DNA of 53,506 bases from an uncultured Fibrobacteraceae bacterium (GCA_964630845.1 CAZVWL010000001.1:1-53506), one strand, 5' to 3'; positions 18,781 to 28,529 are shown, counted from the first letter of the stretch. Translations and numbers: made by a program. Notes: generated from the letters alone by a model not told the origin.

Positions 18781-20532
18781 ATGCGCCCGCGCCGCTCATT
18801 CGTCCCCGGCCGGCTGCCCCGCGGCAGCCGGCCGCTGCTTGCCGCCGTGCTGCTCGGAGGTCTCGCGTTGAACGCCGCCGCCGCCGACCGCATCACCGGC
18901 CAGCCGTTCGCCACGCGCTCGGAGGTCATCGCGCCGCGCGCGATGGCCGCCACCAGCCAGCCGCTCGCCACGCAGATCGCCCTGGAGATCATGCGCGCCG
19001 GCGGCAACGCCGTGGACGCGGCGATCGCCGCCAACGCCGCCCTCGCGCTCATGGAGCCCACCGGCTGCGGTCTGGGGGGCGACCTCTTCGCCATCGTCTC
19101 GGTGGGCGGAACGGGCGACCTCGTAGGCCTCGACGCCAGCGGCCGCTCACCGCGGGGTCTGTCGCTCGAACGTTTGCGCGCCGAGGTGGCCGCTCTCGGT
19201 CACCAACGCATCCCGCCACGCGGCGCCTTGCCGATCAGCGTGCCCGGCTGCGTGGATGGCTGGTTCATGCTGCACGAGCGGTTCGGCAAGCTGCCGATGG
19301 CCGACATCCTGGCGCCGACCATCCGCTACGCCCGCGAGGCCTTTCCCGTCAGCGAGCTGATCGCGCACTACTGGCAACGGTCGGTGCCCATTCTGGCCGA
19401 CCAGCCCGGCTTCCTCGCCACCTTCACCCAGGGCGGCCGCGCGCCGCAGAAGGGCGAGATGTGGCGCAACGAAGGCCTCGCGCGCACGCTCGAGATCCTC
19501 GCCCGCCATGGCCGCGACGCCTTCTACCGCGGCGAGCTGGCCGAAGCGATCGCCGCCGCCGTCCAGGACGCCGGCGGCTTCCTGACGATTGACGACCTCG
19601 CCGCCCACCGCGGCACCTGGCTCGACCCCGTCTCGGCCACCTACCGCGGCTGGCAGGTCTTCGAGCTGCCGCCGGCCGGCCAGGGCATCGCCGCCCTGCA
19701 GATCCTCAACATCCTCGAGGGCTACGACCTGCGCGGCGCCGGCTTCGGCAGCGTCGACCACGTGCACTGGTTCGTGGAGGCCAAGAAGCTCGCCTTCGCC
19801 GACCGCGCCCGCTTCTACGCCGACCCCGACTTCGTGACTGTGCCCACCACGACGCTCATCAGCAAGCCGTACGCCGCCGAGCGACGCGCGCTCATCGACC
19901 CCGCGCGCGCCGCGCGCGCCGTCGAACCCGGCAACCCGGCGCTGCAACAGGGCGACACCATCTACCTGACGGTCGCCGACCCCGCCGGCACCATGGTCTC
20001 CCTGATCCAGAGCAACTACCGCGGCATCGGCAGCGGCGTGTGCCCGCCGGGCCTGGGCTTCGGCCTGCAGAACCGCGGCGAGCTGTTCGACCTCGACGAA
20101 GGCCGCGCCAACACCTACGCGCCGGGCAAGCGGCCCTTCCACACGATCATCCCCGCGTTCGCCCTCGCGCCCGACGGCCGCCGCCTCAGCTTCGGCGTCA
20201 TGGGCGGCGCCACGCAGCCGCAGGCGCACGCGCAGATCATCATCAACCTCGTGGACTTCGGCATGAACCTGCAGGAGGCGGGCGACGCGCCGCGCATCCT
20301 GCACGAGGGGTCGTCCGAGCCCACCGGCGAGGTGATGACCGACGGCGGCACCGTGCACCTCGAGAGCGGCTTCGCCTACCTCGTGCAGCGCGAGCTGGCC
20401 GCGCGCGGCCACCACATCGCGCTGGACATCGGCTCGTTCGGCGGCTACCAGGCCATCCTGCACGACCCCGCCGCGGGGGTCTACTACGGCGCCAGCGAGT
20501 CCCGCAAGGACGGTCAGGCCGCGGGCTTCTAG
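18781..20532 (+). CDS. ggt: Gamma-glutamyltransferase
   Basis: GGT blocks TGCGLGGDLFA, GDTIYLTVADPAGTMVSLIQSNY (autoprocessing Thr) and SFGVMGG. Signal peptide present. Confidence 0.9.
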   Translation: MRPRRSFVPGRLPRGSRPLLAAVLLGGLALNAAAADRITGQPFATRSEVIAPRAMAATSQPLATQIALEIMRAGGNAVDAAIAANAALALMEPTGCGLGGDLFAIVSVGGTGDLVGLDASGRSPRGLSLERLRAEVAALGHQRIPPRGALPISVPGCVDGWFMLHERFGKLPMADILAPTIRYAREAFPVSELIAHYWQRSVPILADQPGFLATFTQGGRAPQKGEMWRNEGLARTLEILARHGRDAFYRGELAEAIAAAVQDAGGFLTIDDLAAHRGTWLDPVSATYRGWQVFELPPAGQGIAALQILNILEGYDLRGAGFGSVDHVHWFVEAKKLAFADRARFYADPDFVTVPTTTLISKPYAAERRALIDPARAARAVEPGNPALQQGDTIYLTVADPAGTMVSLIQSNYRGIGSGVCPPGLGFGLQNRGELFDLDEGRANTYAPGKRPFHTIIPAFALAPDGRRLSFGVMGGATQPQAHAQIIINLVDFGMNLQEAGDAPRILHEGSSEPTGEVMTDGGTVHLESGFAYLVQRELAARGHHIALDIGSFGGYQAILHDPAAGVYYGASESRKDGQAAGF

Positions 20533-20554
20533 CGGCGGCGAGGGAGGCGGACCG

Positions 20555-22051
20555 TTGACCACCGCGCGCCTGGCCATATGCTGCACCGCCCTGGCCGCGT
20601 CGAGCCTCGCGCTCGGCCTGGTGGGCCTGCCGCCCGCCTCGCTGTGGATGGACGAGGTGTGGTCGGCCACGAGCGCCGCCGCCACACCCTGGGACGCGGT
20701 CGCCCTCACCCTGCGCCACGACCTGCACCCCCCGCTCTACTACCTGCAGATCAGCCTCTGGGGCCTCGGCGGCCAGCACGACCGCTGGCTCTTCCTGAAC
20801 AGCCTCCTGTGGGCGGCCGCCGCGGTCTGGCTGTTGACCTGGTTCGCCGCCCGCCGGCACGACCCCGCCGTGGGCCTGGCCGCCGGACTCCTGCTGGCCA
20901 CCGCCCCCTTGTCCGGCCTCTACCAGCACGAGCTGCGCATGTACACCATGCTCATGGCGCTGGCCGTGCTCGCCTGGGCCGCGGCCGAGTGGCTGGCCAC
21001 CACGCCGCCGGGCGCCCGCCTGCGGCCGTGGTGGCGCCTGGTCGTCGTGCAGTGGCTGATGGCCTACACGCACGGCGTGGCGCCGCTGATGGCCGGCACG
21101 GTGGGCCTCTACGCGCTGATGCGCGCGCACCAGACCGGCGGCCGCCGCCGCACCCTGCGGGCGCTACAGGCCCAGGCCGTCTTCGCGGTCGGCTGCGTGC
21201 CCGTGCTGATCAACTCGTGGCTGCGCACGGTGGGCTACCCGGCGCCCTCGTGGCGCGAGGTGGCCGGCACCCTGGCCACGTTCACCGCCGGCGATGCTCA
21301 CGGCGCCGCGCTGGTGATCGGCGTGATGGTCTACGCCGTGCTGATCGGCCTCGGCGCAGCGCGCGCCGACACGCGCCCCTTGGCGCTCACGGTCGCCGCG
21401 CCGCTGCTCTTGATCGGCGCGGTGACCGTCGTGGTCAAGCCCGTGTGGCAGACGCGGCTGGTGGTCTACGCGCTGCCGCTGGCTTGCTTGCTGGCGGCGC
21501 TGCTTCTCGGCCGTTTGCGCGCGGGCCGACCGCGCCTGGCGACCGCCGTGCTCGCCGCCGTGGCCGTCGCCGCCGCCGCGCAGACGGTCGCGATCAACCG
21601 TGATGCCCCGCTCGTGCACGACTACCGCTCCGCGGCGGTCGCCCTGCAGGATCGCCTCGAACCCGGCGACACCGTCTACGCGGCGCGCGTGTGGGACCAC
21701 TGGGGTGTGCTGCGCTACACGCACGGACCCCGCTGGGGCGACCCGCTCACCCTGCTAGGTGCCGCCGACCAGCCACGCTGGGCCGCCCGCGCCGAACGCG
21801 TCGGGCCGGTGCTCGCCGGCCTGCTGCGCCTGGGCCCGACGAGTGACCGGATCGTCAAGGGCGGCGTCACCTGGGTGATCGGTCCGGCGACGGTGGACGC
21901 GCTGGCGGACTGCGACCGCATCTGGGTGCTGCAGTCGCTGTGGCATGGGGAGGAGCGCGATCTGTTGCCGGGGCATCGGCTGGTCGAGAGCGTCGACGTG
22001 CCCACCATGCGCCTGGTGGGCTACACCAGGGTTATTCCGCGAAGAATGTAG
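20555..22051 (+). CDS. GT39/ArnT-like membrane glycosyltransferase
   Basis: Polytopic protein with an N-terminal ...SLWMDEVWSA... loop typical of PMT_2/ArnT-like enzymes. TTG start follows GGGAGG. Confidence 0.6.
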   Translation: MTTARLAICCTALAASSLALGLVGLPPASLWMDEVWSATSAAATPWDAVALTLRHDLHPPLYYLQISLWGLGGQHDRWLFLNSLLWAAAAVWLLTWFAARRHDPAVGLAAGLLLATAPLSGLYQHELRMYTMLMALAVLAWAAAEWLATTPPGARLRPWWRLVVVQWLMAYTHGVAPLMAGTVGLYALMRAHQTGGRRRTLRALQAQAVFAVGCVPVLINSWLRTVGYPAPSWREVAGTLATFTAGDAHGAALVIGVMVYAVLIGLGAARADTRPLALTVAAPLLLIGAVTVVVKPVWQTRLVVYALPLACLLAALLLGRLRAGRPRLATAVLAAVAVAAAAQTVAINRDAPLVHDYRSAAVALQDRLEPGDTVYAARVWDHWGVLRYTHGPRWGDPLTLLGAADQPRWAARAERVGPVLAGLLRLGPTSDRIVKGGVTWVIGPATVDALADCDRIWVLQSLWHGEERDLLPGHRLVESVDVPTMRLVGYTRVIPRRM

Positions 22052-22193
22052 CTGGCCTGGATATCGCTCTAAAGTGTTGTTGATGTTGAGGATACGGCGT
22101 AGTCGAACCAGTCCCAGAGGTTTGTCATCCTGGCGGCTCAGTCGATCCTCGGACGAAACCAGTCTCAGGCCGGACGTGTCGAGAGACGCCGGC

Positions 22194-22208
22194 TGGTGCG
22201 CCGGCGCA
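22194..22208. repeat. Palindrome-family copy TGGTGCGCCGGCGCA (right arm degenerate)
   Basis: Read directly, in the 368-nt intergenic region between the two GT39-like genes. Confidence 0.65.
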
Positions 22209-22419
22209 TTCGCGCAACTTCTTGCGCGGCAAGCGGTGTCGCAGTTGGCCGGGATGAGTCAACTGCGGTGGACGGCGGGTGGTGCTGCGGCCAGTGTTCG
22301 AGAAGGCCGGGACCGGAGGGGAGGGGTTACCCCGCGGCACGAGTTGTGGTATATGTATCAAGGATATATAGTTACGTCCGCGGAGGGCCAGCAACATTCT
22401 TGGTGGAATAACATAAGCG

Positions 22420-24456
22420 ATGACACGCCGCGACCATGCCGACTGGATCGTCCCCGCCCTGGTAGCCACCATGGCCGTCGCCATCCGCCTACCAAACCTC
22501 GGCTGGGGCCTGCCCGACATCGAGGAAGAAGCCCTGCCGCTCAAGAAGGCCTTCACGATGGGCGGCTGGGACACCGGCCGCCTCTCGCTTAACCCTGAGA
22601 CCGCCGGCTGGCCGTCCCTCTCCTTCTACGTGCACCTCCTCTTGCAGCACCTGCAGTACCTGGTCGGCCGCTACGACGGCCGCGCCGACTTCCATCACCA
22701 CCACCAGGACCTCGCCTCCCTCGTCGTGGCGGGCCGCGCGCTCGGCGTGCTCGCCGCCGGCATCGTGGTCGCCGTCGCCGTGCGCCTGGGCCGCCGCCTG
22801 GCCGGCAGCTGGGCCGGCATCCTCGCCGGCTGCGCGCTCGCCTTCAATCCCCTGCTGTACGCCGAATCACGCATGGTCTCGCCCGACATCCTGCTGACCG
22901 CCCTGGCCGCGCTCGCCGTGGCGCGCCTCGTGGCCCTGCACGAGCACGGTCGTCCCCGCGATTATGTGTGGGCGGCCGTCTGGATCGGCCTCGGCGCCTC
23001 GGCCAAGTACTCGCCCGTGCTGCTGGTGCCCGTGCTCTACGGCGTGCACGCGTGGCGCGAGCGCCACCCCGCCCTTACCGACCGCCGCCTGCTGTGGGCC
23101 GCGGCCGCCTGCCTGGGCGCCTTCGTGCTCACCAGCCCGTACCTGCTGCTCGACCTCGCCGTCCTGCAGCGCGACGTCCTGGCCCAGGTCACGCACATGA
23201 AGGGCGGCCACTTCGGCCACGAAGACCGCGCCGCGCTCTTCTACTTCGGCGACGTGCTCGCGCCGGCGTTCGGCTGGCCGGGCCTCGTGCTCGCCACGGC
23301 CGGCCTCGGCTGGGCCGCCTGGCGACGTCGCGGCGCCTGGCTCGTGATCGCCGCGTGCGCCGTCGCGTTCTACCTCGGCCTGGGTTTCCTGAGCACCAAG
23401 TTCGACCGCTACATGCTGCCGGTGCTGCTGCCGCTCGCGCTCGGCCTGGCCGCCGCGGTCGCCTGGCTAAAGACGACCCTGCAAGGCCGCCCGCGCCTGC
23501 TGCGCCACGCGGTCTTCGCCGCGCTCGCGGCCGCAGTCCTGTTGCCGCCCGCCATGACCACCTGGGCGCTGGCCCGCAGTCAGGCCGCGCCGGGCACGCT
23601 GCAGCTCGCCCGCGCGCACCTGCTCGCCGAACTAGAACGCCAGGACGACCTCATCCTGGCCATGGAGCACTACACGCCGTCGTTGCCGGACACCGCCCAC
23701 GTCCTGGGCATCCCCCTGTACAGCGTGCGCCCCGAGCTGGCCGACTTCTACTACGACCTGCGCCACTTCCTGCCGGTCGACCTCATCGTGACCTCGGGCG
23801 CCGTGCGCGGCCGCTTCGAACAGGCGCCCGACCGCTACCCGCGCCAGGCCGCCTTCTACCGCGACCTCGAGCGCTACGCGCCGCCCATCCACGTGGTCAG
23901 CCCCGGCCCCCGGGCGCGCGGCCCGGAGATCCGCATCCACCGCCTGACCCCCGCGGGCCGCGAGCGCCTCTTGCGCGACCGCGGCCCCCTCGAGCCCGGC
24001 TTCTGGCGCCCCTACGAGGCCAACCTGCACGCCCCGCACTTCCTGTCCTTCGTGGGCGACCTCGCCTGGCACGCCTACCAGCGCGACCTCTACGCCCACG
24101 CCGACCTCTTCTACGAGGCGCTCGCCGCCACCACCCCGGCCGACCAGCCGCGCGTCTTCATGAGCCCGCACGTGATGGCCCGCCTGCAGGTCGGCCGCAC
24201 GGCCGACGCCCGCCGCATGTGCGAGGAGCAGCTCGCGCACGACCCCGCCCACCTCGAGGCCCTCACCCTGCTGGGCGTCGTGCTCCTGAACGAGGGCGAC
24301 ACCACGGGCGCCATCGCCGCCTGGCAACGCTGCCTGGCGCTCGCCGCGGCCGACCCCACCCCCGCCGCCGACCAGCCCGCCTTCTTCGACGCCCCCGCCC
24401 GCGCCCGCGCCCTGCTGGCCGACCTGCAGGCGCGCCTCGAGGGCGCGAACAACTAG
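22420..24456 (+). CDS. GT39/PMT_2-like membrane glycosyltransferase with C-terminal TPR region
   Basis: The polytopic N-terminal roughly 400 aa contain ...RLPNLGWGLPDIEEEALPLKKAF.... The C-terminal part is soluble and TPR-like (...HDPAHLEALTLLGVVLLNEGDTTGAIAAWQRCLAL...). Confidence 0.7.
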   Translation: MTRRDHADWIVPALVATMAVAIRLPNLGWGLPDIEEEALPLKKAFTMGGWDTGRLSLNPETAGWPSLSFYVHLLLQHLQYLVGRYDGRADFHHHHQDLASLVVAGRALGVLAAGIVVAVAVRLGRRLAGSWAGILAGCALAFNPLLYAESRMVSPDILLTALAALAVARLVALHEHGRPRDYVWAAVWIGLGASAKYSPVLLVPVLYGVHAWRERHPALTDRRLLWAAAACLGAFVLTSPYLLLDLAVLQRDVLAQVTHMKGGHFGHEDRAALFYFGDVLAPAFGWPGLVLATAGLGWAAWRRRGAWLVIAACAVAFYLGLGFLSTKFDRYMLPVLLPLALGLAAAVAWLKTTLQGRPRLLRHAVFAALAAAVLLPPAMTTWALARSQAAPGTLQLARAHLLAELERQDDLILAMEHYTPSLPDTAHVLGIPLYSVRPELADFYYDLRHFLPVDLIVTSGAVRGRFEQAPDRYPRQAAFYRDLERYAPPIHVVSPGPRARGPEIRIHRLTPAGRERLLRDRGPLEPGFWRPYEANLHAPHFLSFVGDLAWHAYQRDLYAHADLFYEALAATTPADQPRVFMSPHVMARLQVGRTADARRMCEEQLAHDPAHLEALTLLGVVLLNEGDTTGAIAAWQRCLALAAADPTPAADQPAFFDAPARARALLADLQARLEGANN

Positions 24457-24531
24457 GACATTGCGCGGCGATATCCCGTTTGTTATTGCTTCTGCGTCCT
24501 TCTCGCCTCCCCCGAACGCCCCAGGAGCCGC

Positions 24532-26094
24532 ATGAAGCCCAACGCCGCCTCGACCACCCGCTCGGCCGGACGCGTGTTGACCCGCTCCCTCGACCTCATC
24601 GAGCTGCTCGGCAACAAGCTGCCGCACCCCGCCACCCTGTTCGCGCTGCTCGCGTTGACCGTGGCGGTGCTGTCCTGGATCTGCGCCAAGGTGGGCCTGT
24701 CGGCCGTGCACCCGGTGCAGGACACGGTCATCACGGTCAACAGCTTGCTGAGCGCCGACGGCCTGCGCTGGATGTACAGCAACGTCACGCACAACTTCGT
24801 GAACTTCCCGCCCCTGGGCTACGTGCTGGCCGTGATGGTGGGCATCGGCCTGGCGGAGGGGTCGGGCCTCTTGGCGATCTTGATCCGCGCGCTGGTGCTC
24901 AACGCGCCGCCACGCCTGATCACCGGCTCCATCGTGCTGGCCGGCATCATCTCGCACCTGGCCTCCGAGGCCGGCTACGTGATCCTCATCCCGCTGGGCG
25001 CGATGATCTTCCACGCCCTGGGCCGCCACCCGATGGCGGGCCTGGCCGCGGCCTTCTGCGGCGTGAGCGGCGGGTTCGGCGCCAACTTCCTGATCGGCTC
25101 GGTCGACCCCATCCTGGCCGGGCTGTCGACCACCGCCGCGCAGATCCTCGTGCCGGACATGGTGATCAACCCGGCGGTGAACTTCTACTTCATGTTCGTG
25201 TCGGCGATCCTCATCGTGATCCTCGGCACCTGGGTCACCAGCGCGATCGTCGAGCCGCGCCTGGGCCCCTACCAGGGCAGCACGCCGCGCATCGCGGTCG
25301 ACCAGCTGACGCCGCTCGAGCGCAAGGGCATGCGCCTGGCCGGCCTGTCGCTGCTGGTCACGCTGGGCCTGCTGGTCTGGAGCGCGGCGCCGGCCAACGC
25401 GCTGCTGCGCAACCCGGCCAACGGGTCGCTGCTCAACTCGCCCTTCTTCGACGGCCTGATCACGGCCATCCTGATCTTCTTCTTCGTGCCGGGCCTGGTG
25501 TACGGCTTGGTGACGCGGTCGATCCGCAACGACCACGACGCGGTCAAGCAGATCACCAAGTCGATGAGCGGCATGGCGGGCTACATCGTGCTGGTGTTCT
25601 TCGCCGCGCAGTTCGTCTACTTCTTCCGCTACAGCAACCTCGGCCTGATCCTGGCCATCAACGGCGCCGAGTCGCTGCGCAACGTGGGCCTGACGGGCGT
25701 GACCCTCGTCGTGGCCTTCGTGCTGCTCGCCTCGTTCATCAACCTGTTCATGGGCAGCGCGTCGGCCAAGTGGGCGATCATGGCGCCGGTGTTCATCCCC
25801 ATGTTCATGCTGCTCGGCTACCACCCCGCGCTCACGCAGGCCGCGTTCCGCATCGGCGACTCGGTCACCAACCTGGTCACGCCGATGATGAGCTACTTCG
25901 CGTTGATCGTGACCTTCGCCCAGCGCTACGACGAGCGCTACGGCATCGGCACCATCATCTCCACCATGCTGCCCTACACGTTCATCTTCACGGTGTTCTG
26001 GACCCTGCTCCTGGTCGGCTGGATGTTGCTCGGCCTGCCGCTGGGTCCGGGCGGACCGCTGTTCATGGACGGCACCATGCCGGGAGCCCAGTAA
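24532..26094 (+). CDS. abgT: AbgT-family transporter (p-aminobenzoyl-glutamate/antimetabolite efflux family)
   Basis: The N-terminus ...LDLIELLGNKLPHPATLFALLALTV... and the overall polytopic layout are typical of AbgT/MtrF. Confidence 0.8.
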   Translation: MKPNAASTTRSAGRVLTRSLDLIELLGNKLPHPATLFALLALTVAVLSWICAKVGLSAVHPVQDTVITVNSLLSADGLRWMYSNVTHNFVNFPPLGYVLAVMVGIGLAEGSGLLAILIRALVLNAPPRLITGSIVLAGIISHLASEAGYVILIPLGAMIFHALGRHPMAGLAAAFCGVSGGFGANFLIGSVDPILAGLSTTAAQILVPDMVINPAVNFYFMFVSAILIVILGTWVTSAIVEPRLGPYQGSTPRIAVDQLTPLERKGMRLAGLSLLVTLGLLVWSAAPANALLRNPANGSLLNSPFFDGLITAILIFFFVPGLVYGLVTRSIRNDHDAVKQITKSMSGMAGYIVLVFFAAQFVYFFRYSNLGLILAINGAESLRNVGLTGVTLVVAFVLLASFINLFMGSASAKWAIMAPVFIPMFMLLGYHPALTQAAFRIGDSVTNLVTPMMSYFALIVTFAQRYDERYGIGTIISTMLPYTFIFTVFWTLLLVGWMLLGLPLGPGGPLFMDGTMPGAQ

Positions 26095-26098
26095 CGCC

Positions 26099-26782
26099 AT
26101 GGCCAAGCCATACTTCACGCGCGGTCTCTTCGAGTTCCTGAACGACCTCGCCGCCAACAACGACCGCGCCTGGTTCGAGGCCAACCGCGACCGCTACGAG
26201 GAGCACGTGCGCGGCCCGGCCCTGCGATTCATCGGCGACTTCGGCCCCTGGGTGCGCGCGGTGAGCCCCCACCTGGTGTGCGACCCGCGCCCGAGCGGCG
26301 GCTCGCTCTTCCGCATCCACCGCGACATCCGCTTCAGCGCCGACAAGAGCCCCTACAAGACCCACGCCGCCATCCAGTTCCGCCACGAGGCCGGCAAGGA
26401 CGCGCACGCCCCCGGCCTCTACCTGCACCTCGAACCCGGCGCCTCGGGTGCGGCCGCCGGCGTCTGGCGCCCGCCGACCGCCGCCCTGCGCGCCATCCGC
26501 GCCCACGTGGCCGCGCACCCCGACCGCTGGCTGGCCATCACGGACGACCGCGCCCTCGCCCGCGCCGAGCGCTTCGGCGAGCGCCTGCAACGCGTGCCGG
26601 CCGGCTACCCGACCGATCATCCGGCCGCCGACGAGCTGAAATGGAAGGACTGGGGGGTGTGGGTCCCGCTCTCGCAGCAGGACATCACGGCGCCCGACGC
26701 CATGGAACGCATCGGCGGCGTCTACGCCGCGATGCGTCCCATGCTCGCGTTCCTGTGCGAGGCGCTCGGCGCCCGGTTCTGA
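26099..26782 (+). CDS. DUF2461 (TIGR02453) family protein
   Basis: Signature ...FFEFLNDLAANNDRAWFEANRDRYE...GGSLFRIHRDIRFSADKSPYKTH.... Confidence 0.85.
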   Translation: MAKPYFTRGLFEFLNDLAANNDRAWFEANRDRYEEHVRGPALRFIGDFGPWVRAVSPHLVCDPRPSGGSLFRIHRDIRFSADKSPYKTHAAIQFRHEAGKDAHAPGLYLHLEPGASGAAAGVWRPPTAALRAIRAHVAAHPDRWLAITDDRALARAERFGERLQRVPAGYPTDHPAADELKWKDWGVWVPLSQQDITAPDAMERIGGVYAAMRPMLAFLCEALGARF

Positions 26783-26834
26783 CCGCGCCTGGCGCCGCTT
26801 GGCCCGCCGCGCGAGCTACCGCGCCAGCCGCTGC

Positions 26835-27464
26835 TCAGCGGAAGCCCGCGTCGAGCTTCACGCCCTCGCCGTTGATCGTCGCCACGTACGGCGGGATGTC
26901 GCCCGAGGCCACCGCCTCGGTGCACCCGCTGTGCGACCACGGCGTGTAGTTGACACGCGCCAGCTCCCCGTCGACCACCAGGGCCGGCGCCGCCCCCCCG
27001 AGGCTCGACCCCGCCGGCGGCACCAGCCGCAGCTCCGCCTTGGTGTCCGTCACGAGGGGGAACAGCGTCCAGTGGCCCAGCTTCACCACACCGCCCGGGT
27101 TCGGCTGCGGAAAACCGAAGGCCGACATGTGCTGCATGTCGTTGCCCACGTTCAGCCAGCCGGAGTCGGGCACCGGCACCCAGCTGGTGATGAACATGCC
27201 CTCGGGCAGCCCCTCCAGGCGCATCTCGTACGCCGAGACCGGCTGGGGCGCGCTGATCACCACGAGGTGCAGGTAGGCCATCTGGTGCTGCACGGGGACC
27301 AGGTTGGTGGCCTCGGCGGTTACCTCGAAGGCGTCGGGGGAATTCGAGAAGAACAGGCCGAGGCGATAGTTGCAGGGCTCGTAGAGGTGCGGCGTCTCGA
27401 AGGGGGCGGCGAGGGTGGGGGTGGACAGGAGGAGCGCCAGGGTGACAACAAGCAACCTCTTCAT
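26835..27464 (-). CDS. Secreted protein of unrecognised family (paralog A)
   Basis: Signal peptide MKRLLVVTLALLLSTPTLAA. It shares PCxYRxGLFFS, AFGFPQPNP, LGHW, YVAT and a ...GFR C-terminus with 27749..28411. RBS is GGAGG. Confidence 0.6.
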   Translation of the reverse strand: MKRLLVVTLALLLSTPTLAAPFETPHLYEPCNYRLGLFFSNSPDAFEVTAEATNLVPVQHQMAYLHLVVISAPQPVSAYEMRLEGLPEGMFITSWVPVPDSGWLNVGNDMQHMSAFGFPQPNPGGVVKLGHWTLFPLVTDTKAELRLVPPAGSSLGGAAPALVVDGELARVNYTPWSHSGCTEAVASGDIPPYVATINGEGVKLDAGFR

Positions 27465-27513
27465 CTTAGCCTCCAGGTTGTGCCCCGGAGAATGTTGCTG
27501 GCCGGCCGAGGAT

Positions 27514-27530
27514 CGTGCGCCGGCACACCA
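27514..27530. repeat. Palindrome-family copy CGTGCGCCGGCACACCA
   Basis: Read directly. It lies between the two paralogous secreted-protein genes. Confidence 0.65.
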
Positions 27531-27684
27531 AGACCCTCACGGAAGGCATTCAATCGGCGTATAGCGCGGTTTTCTCCCGGTTTTCGCCAGGCCCGCCGCG
27601 GCGCCTGGGAGCGCCGTTTCTGGCCAGCAACAATCTCAAGGGCACAGCCTAGGGGATACAGGGAGGGGGCTCAAGCGGTTCCCC

Positions 27685-27728
27685 AAAAAAAGCCCGCGCC
27701 CCAGGACCACCCAGCCCCAGGGCGCGCG
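27685..27728 (-). terminator. Rho-independent terminator after paralog B
   Basis: On the minus strand, a 7-bp all-GC stem (CGCGCCC...GGGCGCG) with an 18-nt loop is followed by GGC and T7. It lies 21 nt after the stop at 27749. Confidence 0.45.
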
Positions 27729-27748
27729 CGATCAACCCACCGCTCTCC

Positions 27749-28411
27749 CTACCGGAAAAGCCCCTTCACCCCCGACAACGTGCGCGAATGCACCGCCACG
27801 CTCGGGTACAGCTCGATGCCGCTACCATGGGTCGTGGCCACGTAATCGGGGAACTGGCCGGGCGGCAGGTGGCCGTCGCAGCCGCTGTAGCCCAGCCAGG
27901 GCGAGAAGTTCAGGCGCACCAGCCGCTCGCCCAGGACGATGGCCGGGCCGTCGCCGTTGATGCTCGACGGCGTCGACGGCAGGATGCGGAACTGATGCGT
28001 CTCGGGCGCCGTCGTGGCGATCAGGCGCCAGTGGCCCAGCCGGACGCGCTGGTTCGGGTTCGGCTGCGGGAAGCCGAAGGCGGCGATGTGGTTGAACTCG
28101 TCGCCGACGTTGATCCAGCCGACGTTGGGCACGGGCTCCCAGATGGCCAGCATCGAGGCGGGGATGCCGGTGACCTTCAGCTCGTACGCGGGGATGCGCT
28201 GCTGCGCCCCGAAGATGACCAGGTGCATGAAGAACTCCTCAAACGGCACATAGTCGAAATTCGTGGACGCGGCGTTGAACTGGTAGTGGTCGTTCGAGGT
28301 GGAGAAGAAGAGCCCGACACGGTACTCGCAGGGGTAGTAATCGTAGTCGGTCTGGGCCAGGGCGCCGCCGGCCAGCAGGCCGAGGCAGAGAAGCGTGAGC
28401 AGAGACTTCAT
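27749..28411 (-). CDS. Secreted protein of unrecognised family (paralog B)
   Basis: Trimmed to ATG 28411, preceded by GGAGG. Signal peptide MKSLLTLLCLGLLAGGALAQ. It shares the conserved blocks of paralog A. Confidence 0.6.
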   Translation of the reverse strand: MKSLLTLLCLGLLAGGALAQTDYDYYPCEYRVGLFFSTSNDHYQFNAASTNFDYVPFEEFFMHLVIFGAQQRIPAYELKVTGIPASMLAIWEPVPNVGWINVGDEFNHIAAFGFPQPNPNQRVRLGHWRLIATTAPETHQFRILPSTPSSINGDGPAIVLGERLVRLNFSPWLGYSGCDGHLPPGQFPDYVATTHGSGIELYPSVAVHSRTLSGVKGLFR

Positions 28412-28515
28412 GGCGTTGTCCTCCAGGTTGTCGTCCGTGTGGGGCGAACTGTCGGCGGGGTATACGGGGTTGCGCGTAGAAGGTTGCACGCGGTGATCCG
28501 TGCGGATTTCGGCGA

Positions 28516-28529
28516 TTGACACCTTTCAA
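28516..28529 (+). promoter_or_regulatory. FNR/Dnr-type box candidate TTGAC-N4-TTCAA upstream of the NO reductase gene
   Basis: 8/10 match to TTGAT-N4-ATCAA, about 100 nt upstream of ATG 28625 in the AT-richer divergent promoter region. Confidence 0.25.

Noticed and set aside
22211-22228. The hairpin CGCGCAA-CTTC-TTGCGCG and an AT-rich quasi-palindrome (TATATGTATCAAGGATATATA) in the 368-nt gap before the GT39-TPR gene, considered as a possible small RNA or riboswitch.
   Set aside because: It has no recognisable riboswitch core, no terminator and no conservation information, so it cannot be distinguished from ordinary promoter DNA.
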